Part shown: piece by piece, positions 19,690 to 29,165 of the stretch | How positions within the stretch are numbered: position 1 is the stretch's first letter | Layout: each line of letters begins with the position of its first letter | Assembly: GCA_050174015.1 (NCBI GenBank) | Contig: JBFXKG010000001.1 | Span: forward strand, 160,001 to 224,000 | Direction of reading: 5' to 3' | DNA: 64,000 nucleotides | Source: Candidatus Krumholzibacteriia bacterium | GTDB taxonomy: Bacteria; Krumholzibacteriota; Krumholzibacteriia; LZORAL124-64-63 | Translations under genes and position numbers: made by a program | Notes under the pieces: generated by a model | Seen by the model: only the letters and a program-made list of their open reading frames with translations | Database searches by the model: none | What the model was told of the DNA's origin: nothing

Positions 19690-21858
19690 TCAGGGCGCCT
19701 GCATTCCCAGGAAGTGCATCAGGAAGGCGGTCTCCTCGGCGCGCTGCTCGATCTGGGTGGTGATGGTCGTGCCTCCCCCGTGGCCGCTGGCGCCGCGGAT
19801 CAACAGGCAGACCGGACCCCCCGCCCCCAGGGCCTGCATCCTGGCGGCCATCTTGCGGGCGTGCAGGGGATCGACGCGGGCGTCGTTCTCGCTGCCGGTC
19901 ACCAGGAAGGCCGGGTATTCCACGCCCTCGCGGATGTTCTGGTAGGGCGAGTATTCAAGCAGGTACTCGAACTGTGCGGGATCGTCGCTGCTGCCGTACT
20001 CCTCGGCCCAGATGTTGGCCAGGCCGTAGCGGTGGTAGCGGACCATGTCCAGCAGGGGGACCCCGCATTCGACGGCTCTGAACAGGTCCGGCCGCTGGGT
20101 GGTCACCGCACCGGTCAACAGACCGCCGTTGCTCGCGCCCGAGACGGCCAGCTTCTCGGGGTTGGTCCAGCCTTCGCGGATGAGGTATTCGGCCGCGGCG
20201 ATGAAGTCGTCGAAGACGTTCTGCTTCTTCTCCCTCATGCCGGCCTGGTGCCATTCGCGGCCGTACTCGCCGCCGCCGCGCAGGTTGGCGACGCAGTAGA
20301 CGCCGCCGGCCTCCAGCCAGACGAGGATCGAGGTTGAGAATTGCGGATTCATGGAGACGTCGAAGCCTCCGTAGCCGTAGAGCAGGGTGGGGTTGGTCCC
20401 GTCCAGCTTCGCGTCCGCGTGGTGGACGATGAACATGGAGACCGGGGTGCCGTCCCTGCTCTCGTACCAGACCTGGTCGGCCACGACCCCGTCGACGTCC
20501 ACCTCGACCGGGAAGGCCCGGTACAGGTCGAGTTCGTTGCGCGCGAAGTCGTACTTGAAGGTCGTGGAGGGATAGGCGTACGAGGAGAAGTACACCCAGA
20601 CGTCGGGCAGTGACCAGCGGCCGCTGACCCCCCCGCTGCCGATGGTGGGCAGGGGCAGGTCCCGGATGAAGTTGCCGTCCAGGTCGTAGATCTGGATCCT
20701 GGTGTAGGCGTCGTGCATCCAGGTCACGTAGATGTGGCCGGCGATGGGCTGGATCCCCAGCAACTTGTCCTTGTCGTGCTGGGGGATGAAGACCTTCCAG
20801 CGCTCGCGCTCCGGGTGGGCCGCGTCGGTGACGTAGACCATCTTCCGGGGGGCGTTCTCGTCGGTGGTGATGAGGATGGTGTCGCCGATGAAGTCGGCCC
20901 CGTACTCGAACTTCATTCCGGTGGCCAGGGGGATGAGCGGATCGTCGGAACCGGTGGGCCGGAAATAGAGGTCGTTCACGTTGAAGAGGCCCCGGTTGAA
21001 GACGGTGTACTTGCCGTCCTCGGTCACTCCGACGTTGTGCCACAGTTCCTTGGTCTGATCGTCCCAGAAGACCTTCACGTCCTCGGCAGGGTCGGTGCCC
21101 AGCCTGTGCATCCAGGCGGAGTGCCAGTACTCGTGCTCTCCCTCGGGAACCTCGCCCTCCAGGGGCTTGCAGGTGTAGTAGAACCCGCTGCCGTCGGGCA
21201 GCCAGCTGGCGACGGATTGCTTCCAGCCCCGCAGGCGGTCGGGCAGGATCTCGCCGGTCTCGGTCACCATCACCTGGACCACGGGGTTCTCGTCGCCACC
21301 GTGAGCGGTGCCGAAGGCCACGTACTTCCCGTCACGGCTGGGGCTGATCCCCGCCAGGGTGTCGGTGGGGGGCCACTGGTTGGGGTCGATCACCACCTGT
21401 TCGGGAGCGCCTTCGCGGGCGCGGGTCACGAAGACCCACTTCTCGTCGTCCTTCTTCTTGGTGTGGTAGAACAGGCGTTCGCCGTCGAGGACTCGGCTGG
21501 GCACGCTCTCGTCGTCGTAACGCCAGAGGGCGTTGAAACGATCGGCCAGCCAGGCCTTCTGGGGAAGGTCGGCGGTGATGGTACGCGTGAAGGCGTGCTG
21601 GGCCTCGGTCCACGCCTGGACCTCGGGGTCGTCGGCGTTCTCCAGCCACTGGTACTCGTCGACCAGCACGGTGCCGTGGAAGTCCTCGCTCACGGGTTTC
21701 TGGGGCGTGGGCGGATAGGAGGGTGCGGCGGTTGCGGGCGCCGCCGCGGTGGCGGCATGCTCGCCGCCATTGCCGGTGCAGCCGGCCGGGCCGGCCAGGG
21801 AGGCCAAGCCGGCCAGCCCGCAGAGGATCACCAGGATGCCCAGGCGCTTCTTCGTCAT
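19690..21858 (-). CDS. Prolyl oligopeptidase (S9A), probable lipoprotein
   Basis: DEYQWLE, YGYGGF, NLRGGGEYG.EWH, GASNGGLL (Ser), DARV (Asp), GHGGG (His). Confidence 0.95.
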   Translation of the reverse strand: MTKKRLGILVILCGLAGLASLAGPAGCTGNGGEHAATAAAPATAAPSYPPTPQKPVSEDFHGTVLVDEYQWLENADDPEVQAWTEAQHAFTRTITADLPQKAWLADRFNALWRYDDESVPSRVLDGERLFYHTKKKDDEKWVFVTRAREGAPEQVVIDPNQWPPTDTLAGISPSRDGKYVAFGTAHGGDENPVVQVMVTETGEILPDRLRGWKQSVASWLPDGSGFYYTCKPLEGEVPEGEHEYWHSAWMHRLGTDPAEDVKVFWDDQTKELWHNVGVTEDGKYTVFNRGLFNVNDLYFRPTGSDDPLIPLATGMKFEYGADFIGDTILITTDENAPRKMVYVTDAAHPERERWKVFIPQHDKDKLLGIQPIAGHIYVTWMHDAYTRIQIYDLDGNFIRDLPLPTIGSGGVSGRWSLPDVWVYFSSYAYPSTTFKYDFARNELDLYRAFPVEVDVDGVVADQVWYESRDGTPVSMFIVHHADAKLDGTNPTLLYGYGGFDVSMNPQFSTSILVWLEAGGVYCVANLRGGGEYGREWHQAGMREKKQNVFDDFIAAAEYLIREGWTNPEKLAVSGASNGGLLTGAVTTQRPDLFRAVECGVPLLDMVRYHRYGLANIWAEEYGSSDDPAQFEYLLEYSPYQNIREGVEYPAFLVTGSENDARVDPLHARKMAARMQALGAGGPVCLLIRGASGHGGGTTITTQIEQRAEETAFLMHFLGMQAP

Positions 21859-21896
21859 CGGTCACTCCTTGGGAAGGGTCGGGTCGGGGTCGGGAG

Positions 21897-23198
21897 TCAC
21901 TTTAGAGCCGCCGCCAGGACGATGTCCAGGACCGAGAAGGCGGCGATCCCCCACATCAACGGATGGACTTCCCGCGCCCGCCCGGCCGCGAGGGAAGCCA
22001 GGACGTGGGCCGTGAACCCGAAGGCCAGCCCCATGCTGATGCTGTAGGTCAGGGGCATCAGGATGATGGCCAGGAAGGCGGGTACTGCCGACTCGAAACG
22101 ATCCCAGGCGATCCTCGAGACGTTGCGGAACATGGACACGCCCACGACGATCAGGGCCGGAGCGGTGGCGAATCCTGGTACCATGCCGATCACCGGCGTG
22201 AAGAAGAGGGCGAGCAGGAAGAGCAGGGCCGTGGTCACGCTGGCCAGGCCGGTGCGGCCGCCCTGGGCGATGCCGGCTCCGGATTCGATGTAGGTGGTCG
22301 TCGTGCTCGTCCCCAGGAGCGCACCGGCGACGGTGGCCACGGCGTCGGCCTCGAGGATGCGGTCGATGTCCGCGATGGATCCGTCCTCGCCCACCCGCCC
22401 CGCCTCGTAGCTGCAGGCCACGATGGTGCCAACCGAGTCGAACAGGTCGACGAACATGAACGAGAAGATCGCCCCCCACATCCCCCACTTCACCGCGGCC
22501 GCCAGATCCAGGCGGAACAGGACGGGTTCCAGGCTCGGCGGCAGCGAGACCAGCGCCGGGGGAGGCGCCACCTCGCCGAGCAGGACGGCCATGACCGTGG
22601 TGACGAGGATGCCTGCCAGGATGCTTCCGGGGATGCGGCGGATCTCCAGCACGGTGATCACCAGCAGACCGGCCAGACCCAGGACCACGGGCCTGCCGAG
22701 GGGACCGAGGGTCACCAGCGTGGCCTCGCTGGCCTGGACCAGGCCCAGGTTCTGCAGTCCGATGAACGCGATGAACAGTCCGATGCCCGCCGCGATGGCC
22801 AGGCGGAACTCGCCGGGAATGGCGGCGATGATGTGGCGCCGGATCCCCAGCAGCGTCAGCACCAGGAACACGATCCCCGAGACGAACACCACCCCCAGGG
22901 CGGTCTGCCAGGAAACCCCCTGGCCGATGACCAGGCTGTAGGCGAAGAAGGCGTTGAGACCCATGCCCGGGGCCATGGCGAAGGGCACGTTGGCCCACAG
23001 GCCGGCCAGCAGGGTGCCCAGCGCGGAGGCGAGGATGGTGGCGGTGATGACGGCGCCGGGGTCCATGCCCGCCGCCGACAGGACGCCGGGATTGACGAAG
23101 ATGATGTAGGCCATGGTCAGGAAGGTGGCGGCGCCGGCGGCGGCTTCGCGGGCGGGGGTGCTGCCGCGGGCGCGGATCCTGAAGAATCGGTCGAGCAT
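21897..23198 (-). CDS. NCS2/AzgA-like purine permease
   Basis: TFLTMAYII.VNP, APGMGLNAFF, IGLFIAFIGL, YIESGAGI..GGRTGL, MPLTYSI. Confidence 0.95.
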   Translation of the reverse strand: MLDRFFRIRARGSTPAREAAAGAATFLTMAYIIFVNPGVLSAAGMDPGAVITATILASALGTLLAGLWANVPFAMAPGMGLNAFFAYSLVIGQGVSWQTALGVVFVSGIVFLVLTLLGIRRHIIAAIPGEFRLAIAAGIGLFIAFIGLQNLGLVQASEATLVTLGPLGRPVVLGLAGLLVITVLEIRRIPGSILAGILVTTVMAVLLGEVAPPPALVSLPPSLEPVLFRLDLAAAVKWGMWGAIFSFMFVDLFDSVGTIVACSYEAGRVGEDGSIADIDRILEADAVATVAGALLGTSTTTTYIESGAGIAQGGRTGLASVTTALLFLLALFFTPVIGMVPGFATAPALIVVGVSMFRNVSRIAWDRFESAVPAFLAIILMPLTYSISMGLAFGFTAHVLASLAAGRAREVHPLMWGIAAFSVLDIVLAAALK

Positions 23199-23265
23199 GG
23201 CGCGCTCCCGGGGGAGGGTGGATCACGGGTCCGGGGCGGAGCATAGGGCAGGACCCGGAAGAAGG

Positions 23266-23295
23266 AAACCCCCGGGGCGGGGTGCCCCGGGGGTC
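23266..23295 (-). terminator. Terminator-like hairpin after the first endonuclease gene
   Basis: ACCCCCGGGGC / GCCCCGGGGGT stem followed by TTT on the minus strand. Confidence 0.55.
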
Positions 23296-23318
23296 GGCCG
23301 GAGGGGATGGGGCTGACC

Positions 23319-26300
23319 TCAGATGCCGTCGCAGGTCTCGACGTCGGCCCCGCTGTCGTAGGCGTGGCCGGCCAGGGTGATTCCCGTGACGCAGAAGGTG
23401 AAGCTGATGCCGGGTTTGCCCGCGACCGAGCAGGTCAGTTCGATCCAGCCGTCGGCCCCGGTCACGCCCGACTCGGTCGAGGAGATGCTGCCGCTGAACG
23501 ACCCGGTGACCGAGGCTCCGGCCACGGGATTGCCGAGGTCGTCGATGACCAGCACGGCGGCATGGCCGTACTCCTTGTTGCGGACCAGGGTGGCGGACGG
23601 GTCGATGGCCGCCACGTGCATGGGGATGGTCGTGCCGCCGCCGGAACCGTTGAAGACCTGATTGACGTTCACCAGCCCGTCGGTCTTGCCCAGGGGGCCC
23701 TCCCAGGTGAAGTCCGCATAGGCGGAACCGGATCCGGCCAGTTGCAGGGAGGTGCGGCGCGGGGCGGTGTCCGGTTCGCTGATCCCGATGTCGGTGGAGG
23801 TCATGCCGTCGGCGGGCCCTCCGCTCGCGGTGAAGCTGCCCTCGTAGCTGAGGAACTGGATCACGGCGCCCTGGGGATCGACCAGGGCCAGCCCGTCCGG
23901 GCTGCCGTTCTGCATGCCGACCATGGCGGCGGCCTGGACCCCGAACCCGCCCTGCTGATCCGCAAGGACGCCGCTGAAGCCCACCGTCAGGTAGGCCGAA
24001 CCGTCGGCCCCGTTGTAACCGACCACGGTCCAGCCCGTCAGATCGGTGCCCGCGGGTCCGGCCACCTCCACGAACTCGTTCCGGTCGGCGCCGTCGTTGT
24101 CGTAGTGGAACTCGTTGATCCAGACCAAGGGCCCGCCCCCACCGCCGGAAGCCTGGGGGGTGGCGGAGGTCTCGTTCCCGTAGGCGGACTCGTTGCCCTC
24201 GCCGTCGCTGGCGGTGACGACGTAGTAGTAGGTGGTCCCGTTGGCCGCCGTGGCGTCGGTGAAGGTGGTCGCCGTCACCAGACCGCCGTGGAGGGCCGTG
24301 TAGGGCCCGCCGGAGCTATCGCCCCGATAGACCGTGTAACCGGCCAGATCGGCGTCTCCCACCGCGTCCCAGGCCAGGCCGACGCTGCCGTCGCCGGGTG
24401 TCGCGCCCAGGCCGACCGGGGCCGCGGGGGCGGTGGTGTCCGAGATGGTCGCCGAGGTGATGTCCACGCCCGTGGCACCCTGGTCGTCGGTGACGGTCAG
24501 GGTGACGGTGAAGACGCCTGTGGACGCGTAGGCGTGGCCGGGATCGGCGAGGGTGCTGGTGGCCCCGTCGCCGAACTCCCACAGGTAGCCGGCGATGGAC
24601 CCGTCCGGGTCCTGGGAACCGGCGGATGAGAAGGTCACCGCGACGCCCTTCTCACCGGAATAGGGGCCGTTGGCCTGAGCGGTGGGATCCTGGTTCACGG
24701 GTCCGCCGCCGGCGAAGGTCTGGCCCGTATTGACGGCGCCCTCGGTGCCGGCTCCGGGAGCTTGCCAGGTGAAATCCCCGTAGGCCGATCCGTCCCCCGC
24801 CAGTTGCAGGGTCCAGCCCACGGGACTGTCCGCGGGCTCGAAGACGCCGATGTCGGTCGACGTGATCCCGGCGGCAGGCCCGTCCACGGCCGTGATCTGC
24901 CCTTCGTAGCTGATGAACATGACCACGGAGGCGGCGGCGTCGACGAGGGCCAGGCCGTCGGGACTGCCGTTCTGCATTCCGGTCATGGGGAAGGCCAGCA
25001 CCCCGAAGCCGTTCTGCAGGTCCGGCAGGGTTCCCGCCAGGTTGACCGTGTCGTAGACCAGCCCCCCGTTGCCGTTGTAGCCGATGACGCTCCAGCCGGA
25101 CAGATCGGCGCCGGCCGGCCCGGCGATCTCGAAGAATTCGCCGGTGTCGGTGCCGTCGTTGTCGTAGTGGAACTCGTTGATCCAGATGGCTGGACCGCCG
25201 CCCCCGCCGCCGGTGGGCGTGGCCTGGACCTCCGGGCTGGAGGGGGATTCGTTGCCGCTGGAGTCCTTGGCCGTCACCACGTAGTAGTAGGTGACCCCTC
25301 CGGTCAGGCCGGAATCGGTGAACTGGCTGACCGTCGCCAGGGCGGTGACCTCGGCGAAGGGACCGCCGGAGGCGGTGGCGCGGTAGACGGCGTAACCCAT
25401 CAGGTCCGGTTCGCCGTTGTCGGCCCAGTCGAGACCGACGCTGCCGTCCCCCGGGGTGGCGACCAGACCGGCGGGCGCGGCCGGAGGCGTGATGTCCCCT
25501 CCGCCGCCGCAACTGCCGGCGAAGATGCAGTCCACCCACTCGGGATGGTCGATGAAGGGGTTGCGGTTGCCCTGGAAGGAGTAGACGACGTCGTTGCGGG
25601 AGGCCTCCTTGGCGTCGACCGGGTCCTGCTGATGCCATTGCAGGAGCACCGACACCATGCCCATGTAACCGACCGCCTCGTTGGCTCCTGTGTTCGAGGC
25701 CGCGATCAGGGCCTCGTCGTCCGTCAGGATCAGATCGGGTTCGCTGTACCCGGTCACCCCGTGGACACCGCCCTCGTATCGCACGTCCAGATAGAACAGG
25801 GCGCGGGCCACGTCTCCCCGACGGTCGATCCAGGTCTCCCAGCTGCCCTCGGTGAAGCTGCCGCTGGTCCAGTTGGAGTTGCCGGGATAGACCCCGGTTC
25901 CCCCGCCGACGCCGTTGTACTCCAGGGTGGGTTTCTCGTCGCACCCGGAGGCGCAGGATCGGAAGGGTTTGTTGCTGCGGGAGGTGTTGTAGCTGTCGTT
26001 GGCGAGGAAGAGGTGATGACAATCGGTATAGGGATAGTTGGCGACCACGTCGTTGGGAAACCCGTAGCTCTTGGGCCAGGAGTGCTCCCGGTTGTACTCC
26101 AGGTTGCCCTCCCCGTACTTGACGTAGCTGGCGTTCAGGTAGATGTCGAGGATGCGCCCGCTGTCGTTGGGATCCTCGTCCGCGAGTTCCAGGACGTCCC
26201 AGGTGTCGGTCCCGGTGGCCGTGTAGGGGATCCGGGTGTGGTCGTCGATCACGGCATGGAGGCTGGCCCGCAACGCCGCGGGGGTCGAATCGTCCACGGT

Positions 26301-26456
26301 GTCGTAATACCCCGCCGGGGCGACCTTGAGCTGGACTTCGCTTCCCGGGCCCGGAAGGGGGGGCTGCAAGGGGTTGGGTTCGTGGGAGCAGCCGAACAGC
26401 AGGGTGAACAGGAACAGGAGTGCGACCAGGGAGCGAAGGGGAGAGGGAACGCGCAT
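23319..26456 (-). CDS. Extracellular endonuclease I family lipoprotein (nuclease-FN3-LTD-PKD-FN3-LTD-Ig)
   Basis: LFGC lipobox; NREHSWPKS, TDCHHL, RGDVARALFY..VRY, QGNRNPFIDHPEW; two WINEFHYDN domains; PKD WEFGDG. Confidence 0.9.
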   Translation of the reverse strand: MRVPSPLRSLVALLFLFTLLFGCSHEPNPLQPPLPGPGSEVQLKVAPAGYYDTVDDSTPAALRASLHAVIDDHTRIPYTATGTDTWDVLELADEDPNDSGRILDIYLNASYVKYGEGNLEYNREHSWPKSYGFPNDVVANYPYTDCHHLFLANDSYNTSRSNKPFRSCASGCDEKPTLEYNGVGGGTGVYPGNSNWTSGSFTEGSWETWIDRRGDVARALFYLDVRYEGGVHGVTGYSEPDLILTDDEALIAASNTGANEAVGYMGMVSVLLQWHQQDPVDAKEASRNDVVYSFQGNRNPFIDHPEWVDCIFAGSCGGGGDITPPAAPAGLVATPGDGSVGLDWADNGEPDLMGYAVYRATASGGPFAEVTALATVSQFTDSGLTGGVTYYYVVTAKDSSGNESPSSPEVQATPTGGGGGGPAIWINEFHYDNDGTDTGEFFEIAGPAGADLSGWSVIGYNGNGGLVYDTVNLAGTLPDLQNGFGVLAFPMTGMQNGSPDGLALVDAAASVVMFISYEGQITAVDGPAAGITSTDIGVFEPADSPVGWTLQLAGDGSAYGDFTWQAPGAGTEGAVNTGQTFAGGGPVNQDPTAQANGPYSGEKGVAVTFSSAGSQDPDGSIAGYLWEFGDGATSTLADPGHAYASTGVFTVTLTVTDDQGATGVDITSATISDTTAPAAPVGLGATPGDGSVGLAWDAVGDADLAGYTVYRGDSSGGPYTALHGGLVTATTFTDATAANGTTYYYVVTASDGEGNESAYGNETSATPQASGGGGGPLVWINEFHYDNDGADRNEFVEVAGPAGTDLTGWTVVGYNGADGSAYLTVGFSGVLADQQGGFGVQAAAMVGMQNGSPDGLALVDPQGAVIQFLSYEGSFTASGGPADGMTSTDIGISEPDTAPRRTSLQLAGSGSAYADFTWEGPLGKTDGLVNVNQVFNGSGGGTTIPMHVAAIDPSATLVRNKEYGHAAVLVIDDLGNPVAGASVTGSFSGSISSTESGVTGADGWIELTCSVAGKPGISFTFCVTGITLAGHAYDSGADVETCDGI

Positions 26457-26630
26457 TGCAGGCCTCCAATGTCTGCAGGAAGAGGTGGCGAGTGGGGGGA
26501 TTCTACCGGCGGAGTTGGATTTTAAAAAGGGAGGATTGCGTCATTCCGGCAGGATTTTTTGCGGACTTGTCTTGATTCGCGCGGCCCCCGGCGGGCACCG
26601 GGGGCTCGCTGATGTCTTCAGGGCGGATGA

Positions 26631-29027
26631 TCAGGGCAACGGTTGCTTCTCCAGGAAGGGCCGGTCGAACCCGGAGGCCGGAACCCGCACCTCCCCGCAA
26701 TCCTTGAGGTTGGCCCCCGCATCATAGGTGGCGTCGGCCTTGGCGGCGTCATCCACGCAGAAGGAGAAGGTCATGGGAGCCGGGGCCGAGGTCGCGCTTG
26801 CGAGCAGGGCGATCCCGTCGGCGTCGGTCACGGCGCTGTCGGCGCCCGACACTCCCCCGCCGAAGGTCCCGGTCACGGTGACGCCGGCCACGGGATTCCC
26901 CTGATCGTCCAGGACGAGGACCTCGGCGGCGCCGAAGATCTTCCGGCCGTCCGGGGCGGTCTTCAGGGCGATGCCGCCGACGTGCATGACCACCGGCGGG
27001 GTGGTGTCCGTGATGTTCGCGGAAGTGGTGTCGGTGTGCTGGGCGCCCTGGTCGTCGGTGACGGTCAGGGTCACGGTGAAGGCTCCGGGGGTCGTGTAGG
27101 TGTGGTCGGGATGGGCGGCGGTGCTGGTTCCGCCGTCCCCGAAGGTCCACAGGTAGGAGACGATGGATCCGTCGGGATCGTAGGAACCGGCGGACGTGAA
27201 ACTCACGGCAACGCCCTTTTCCCCGCCGTAAGGACCGCCGGCGGCAGCGACAGGGTCCTGGTTGATTGCGACGCCGACGAAGACCTGTCCCGTGTTGACG
27301 GCGGCGGGCGTGTCGGTTTGCGGCGCCTGCCAGGTGAAGTCGCCGTACTGCGAGCCGGTGCCCGCCAGCTGCAGGGAATGCCCGATGGGAGTCGTGCCGT
27401 CTTCCGCCACGCCGACGTCGGCGGCGGTCAGGCCGGAAGCGGGGCCGTCGGTGGCCGTCATGGGCCCCTCGTAGCCGATGAAGAGGACCACGGCACCCGT
27501 GTCGTCGACGAGGGCGAGGGCGTCGGGGCTCCCGTTCTGCATGCCGGTCATCCCGAAGGACAGGGCCCCGAACCCGTTCATCAGGTCGGGCAGGGTTCCG
27601 CTCAACGCCACGGTGTCGTACTGGCCGCCCCCGTTGCCGTTGTAACCGACCACCGACCAGCCGGACAGGTTCAGACCCGCGGTTCCGGCGATCTCGAAGA
27701 ACTCGCCGGCGTCGGTTCCGGCGTTGTCGTAGTGGAACTCGTTGATCCAGGCCGTGGGGTCGCCGCCGATTCCGCCGCCCTGGGGAGTGGCCGAGGCCTC
27801 GGAACTGCTGGGGGACTCGTTGTCGCCGGTGTCCAGGGCGGTCACGACGTAGTAGTAGGTGGTCCCGTTGACCAGGCCGCTGTCCTGATACGAGCTGGAG
27901 ATGACCAGACCTCCCACCTGGTTGTAGGGACCGCTGGGGGCGGTCGCCCGGTAGACGGCATAGCCGGTCAGGTCGCCTTCCGTGTTGTCGTTCCAGTCCA
28001 GGGTGACGGAGCCGTCGCCGGGGGAGGCGGTCAGGCCGGTCGGGGCCGCGGGGGGCGTGACGTCTCCGCCGCCGCAGATCCCGTTGAAGAGGCAGGACAC
28101 CCACTCGGGATGGTCGACGAAGGGATTGCGGTTGCCCTGATAGGAATACACCACGTCGTTGCGGTTCATTTCCCAGGCATCGACGGGATCCTGCTCGTGC
28201 CATTCCAGAAGGACCGAGAGCATGCCCATGTAGGCGACCGATTCGTTGCTGCCTGTGTTCGAGGCGTCGATGAGGGCCTCGCTGTCGGTCAGCCGCAGGT
28301 CGGGTTCGCCGTACCCGGTGATGCCGTGCACCCCGCCCTCGTAACGGACGTCCATGTAGAACATGGCCCTGGCGATGTCTCCCCGGCGGCTCATCCACAC
28401 TTCCCATGAGCCCTGGGTGAAGGAACCGCTGGTCCAGTTGGAATTCCCGGGATACACGCCGGTGCCGCCGCCGATCCCGTTGGTGAAGAGGGTGGGCTTC
28501 TCGTCGCACCCGCTGCTGCAGTAGCGGAACGGCTTGTTGCTGCGCGACCCGTTGTAGGCGCCGTTGGCGAGGAACAGCTGGTGGCAATCGGTGTAGGGAT
28601 AGTTGCTGGAGGTGTCGTTGGGGAAGCCGTAGCTCTTGGGCCAGGAGTGCTCGCGGTCGTAGTCGGTATTGCCGGTGGTGTACTTCGGATAGCTGGCGTT
28701 CAGGTAGATGTCGATGATCCGGGCGCTGTTGGCGGGGTCCTGCTGAGCCGGCTCCAGGACGTCCCACGTGTCGGTGGACGTGTCGGTGTACGGGAACCTG
28801 GTGTGATCGTCGATCACCGCATGAAGGGTGGACCGCAAGGCGGCTGCGTTGGAGTCGTCGACGGTGTCGTAGTAACCCGCGGGGGCCGATTTGACGGCGA
28901 GGTCAACGGTCGCCGGTCCGGGATCCGGGACCAGCGGCGATGGCTCGGGCGAACATCCGGATAGGGCGAGGGCCAGCAGGCACGCAGGCAGGAACAGGGC
29001 GAAGGTCCGGCGGGCGATCGGGTGCAT
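26631..29027 (-). CDS. Paralogous extracellular endonuclease I family lipoprotein (nuclease-FN3-LTD-PKD-Ig)
   Basis: LSGC lipobox; DREHSWPKS, RGDIARAMFY, QGNRNPFVDHPEW, WINEFHYDN, WTFGDG. Confidence 0.9.
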   Translation of the reverse strand: MHPIARRTFALFLPACLLALALSGCSPEPSPLVPDPGPATVDLAVKSAPAGYYDTVDDSNAAALRSTLHAVIDDHTRFPYTDTSTDTWDVLEPAQQDPANSARIIDIYLNASYPKYTTGNTDYDREHSWPKSYGFPNDTSSNYPYTDCHQLFLANGAYNGSRSNKPFRYCSSGCDEKPTLFTNGIGGGTGVYPGNSNWTSGSFTQGSWEVWMSRRGDIARAMFYMDVRYEGGVHGITGYGEPDLRLTDSEALIDASNTGSNESVAYMGMLSVLLEWHEQDPVDAWEMNRNDVVYSYQGNRNPFVDHPEWVSCLFNGICGGGDVTPPAAPTGLTASPGDGSVTLDWNDNTEGDLTGYAVYRATAPSGPYNQVGGLVISSSYQDSGLVNGTTYYYVVTALDTGDNESPSSSEASATPQGGGIGGDPTAWINEFHYDNAGTDAGEFFEIAGTAGLNLSGWSVVGYNGNGGGQYDTVALSGTLPDLMNGFGALSFGMTGMQNGSPDALALVDDTGAVVLFIGYEGPMTATDGPASGLTAADVGVAEDGTTPIGHSLQLAGTGSQYGDFTWQAPQTDTPAAVNTGQVFVGVAINQDPVAAAGGPYGGEKGVAVSFTSAGSYDPDGSIVSYLWTFGDGGTSTAAHPDHTYTTPGAFTVTLTVTDDQGAQHTDTTSANITDTTPPVVMHVGGIALKTAPDGRKIFGAAEVLVLDDQGNPVAGVTVTGTFGGGVSGADSAVTDADGIALLASATSAPAPMTFSFCVDDAAKADATYDAGANLKDCGEVRVPASGFDRPFLEKQPLP

Positions 29028-29165
29028 CGGGCATCCTCCGACGATTTCAGGCGACTTCAGGGTGATATGCCATTATAAACGATGAAGAAGACATAAAAAA
29101 GCAAAAATAAAGGGAATTGGAGAAATCCCGGGTGAGCCGGGCTCCGTCCCGGCTCCTGGGTGGGA

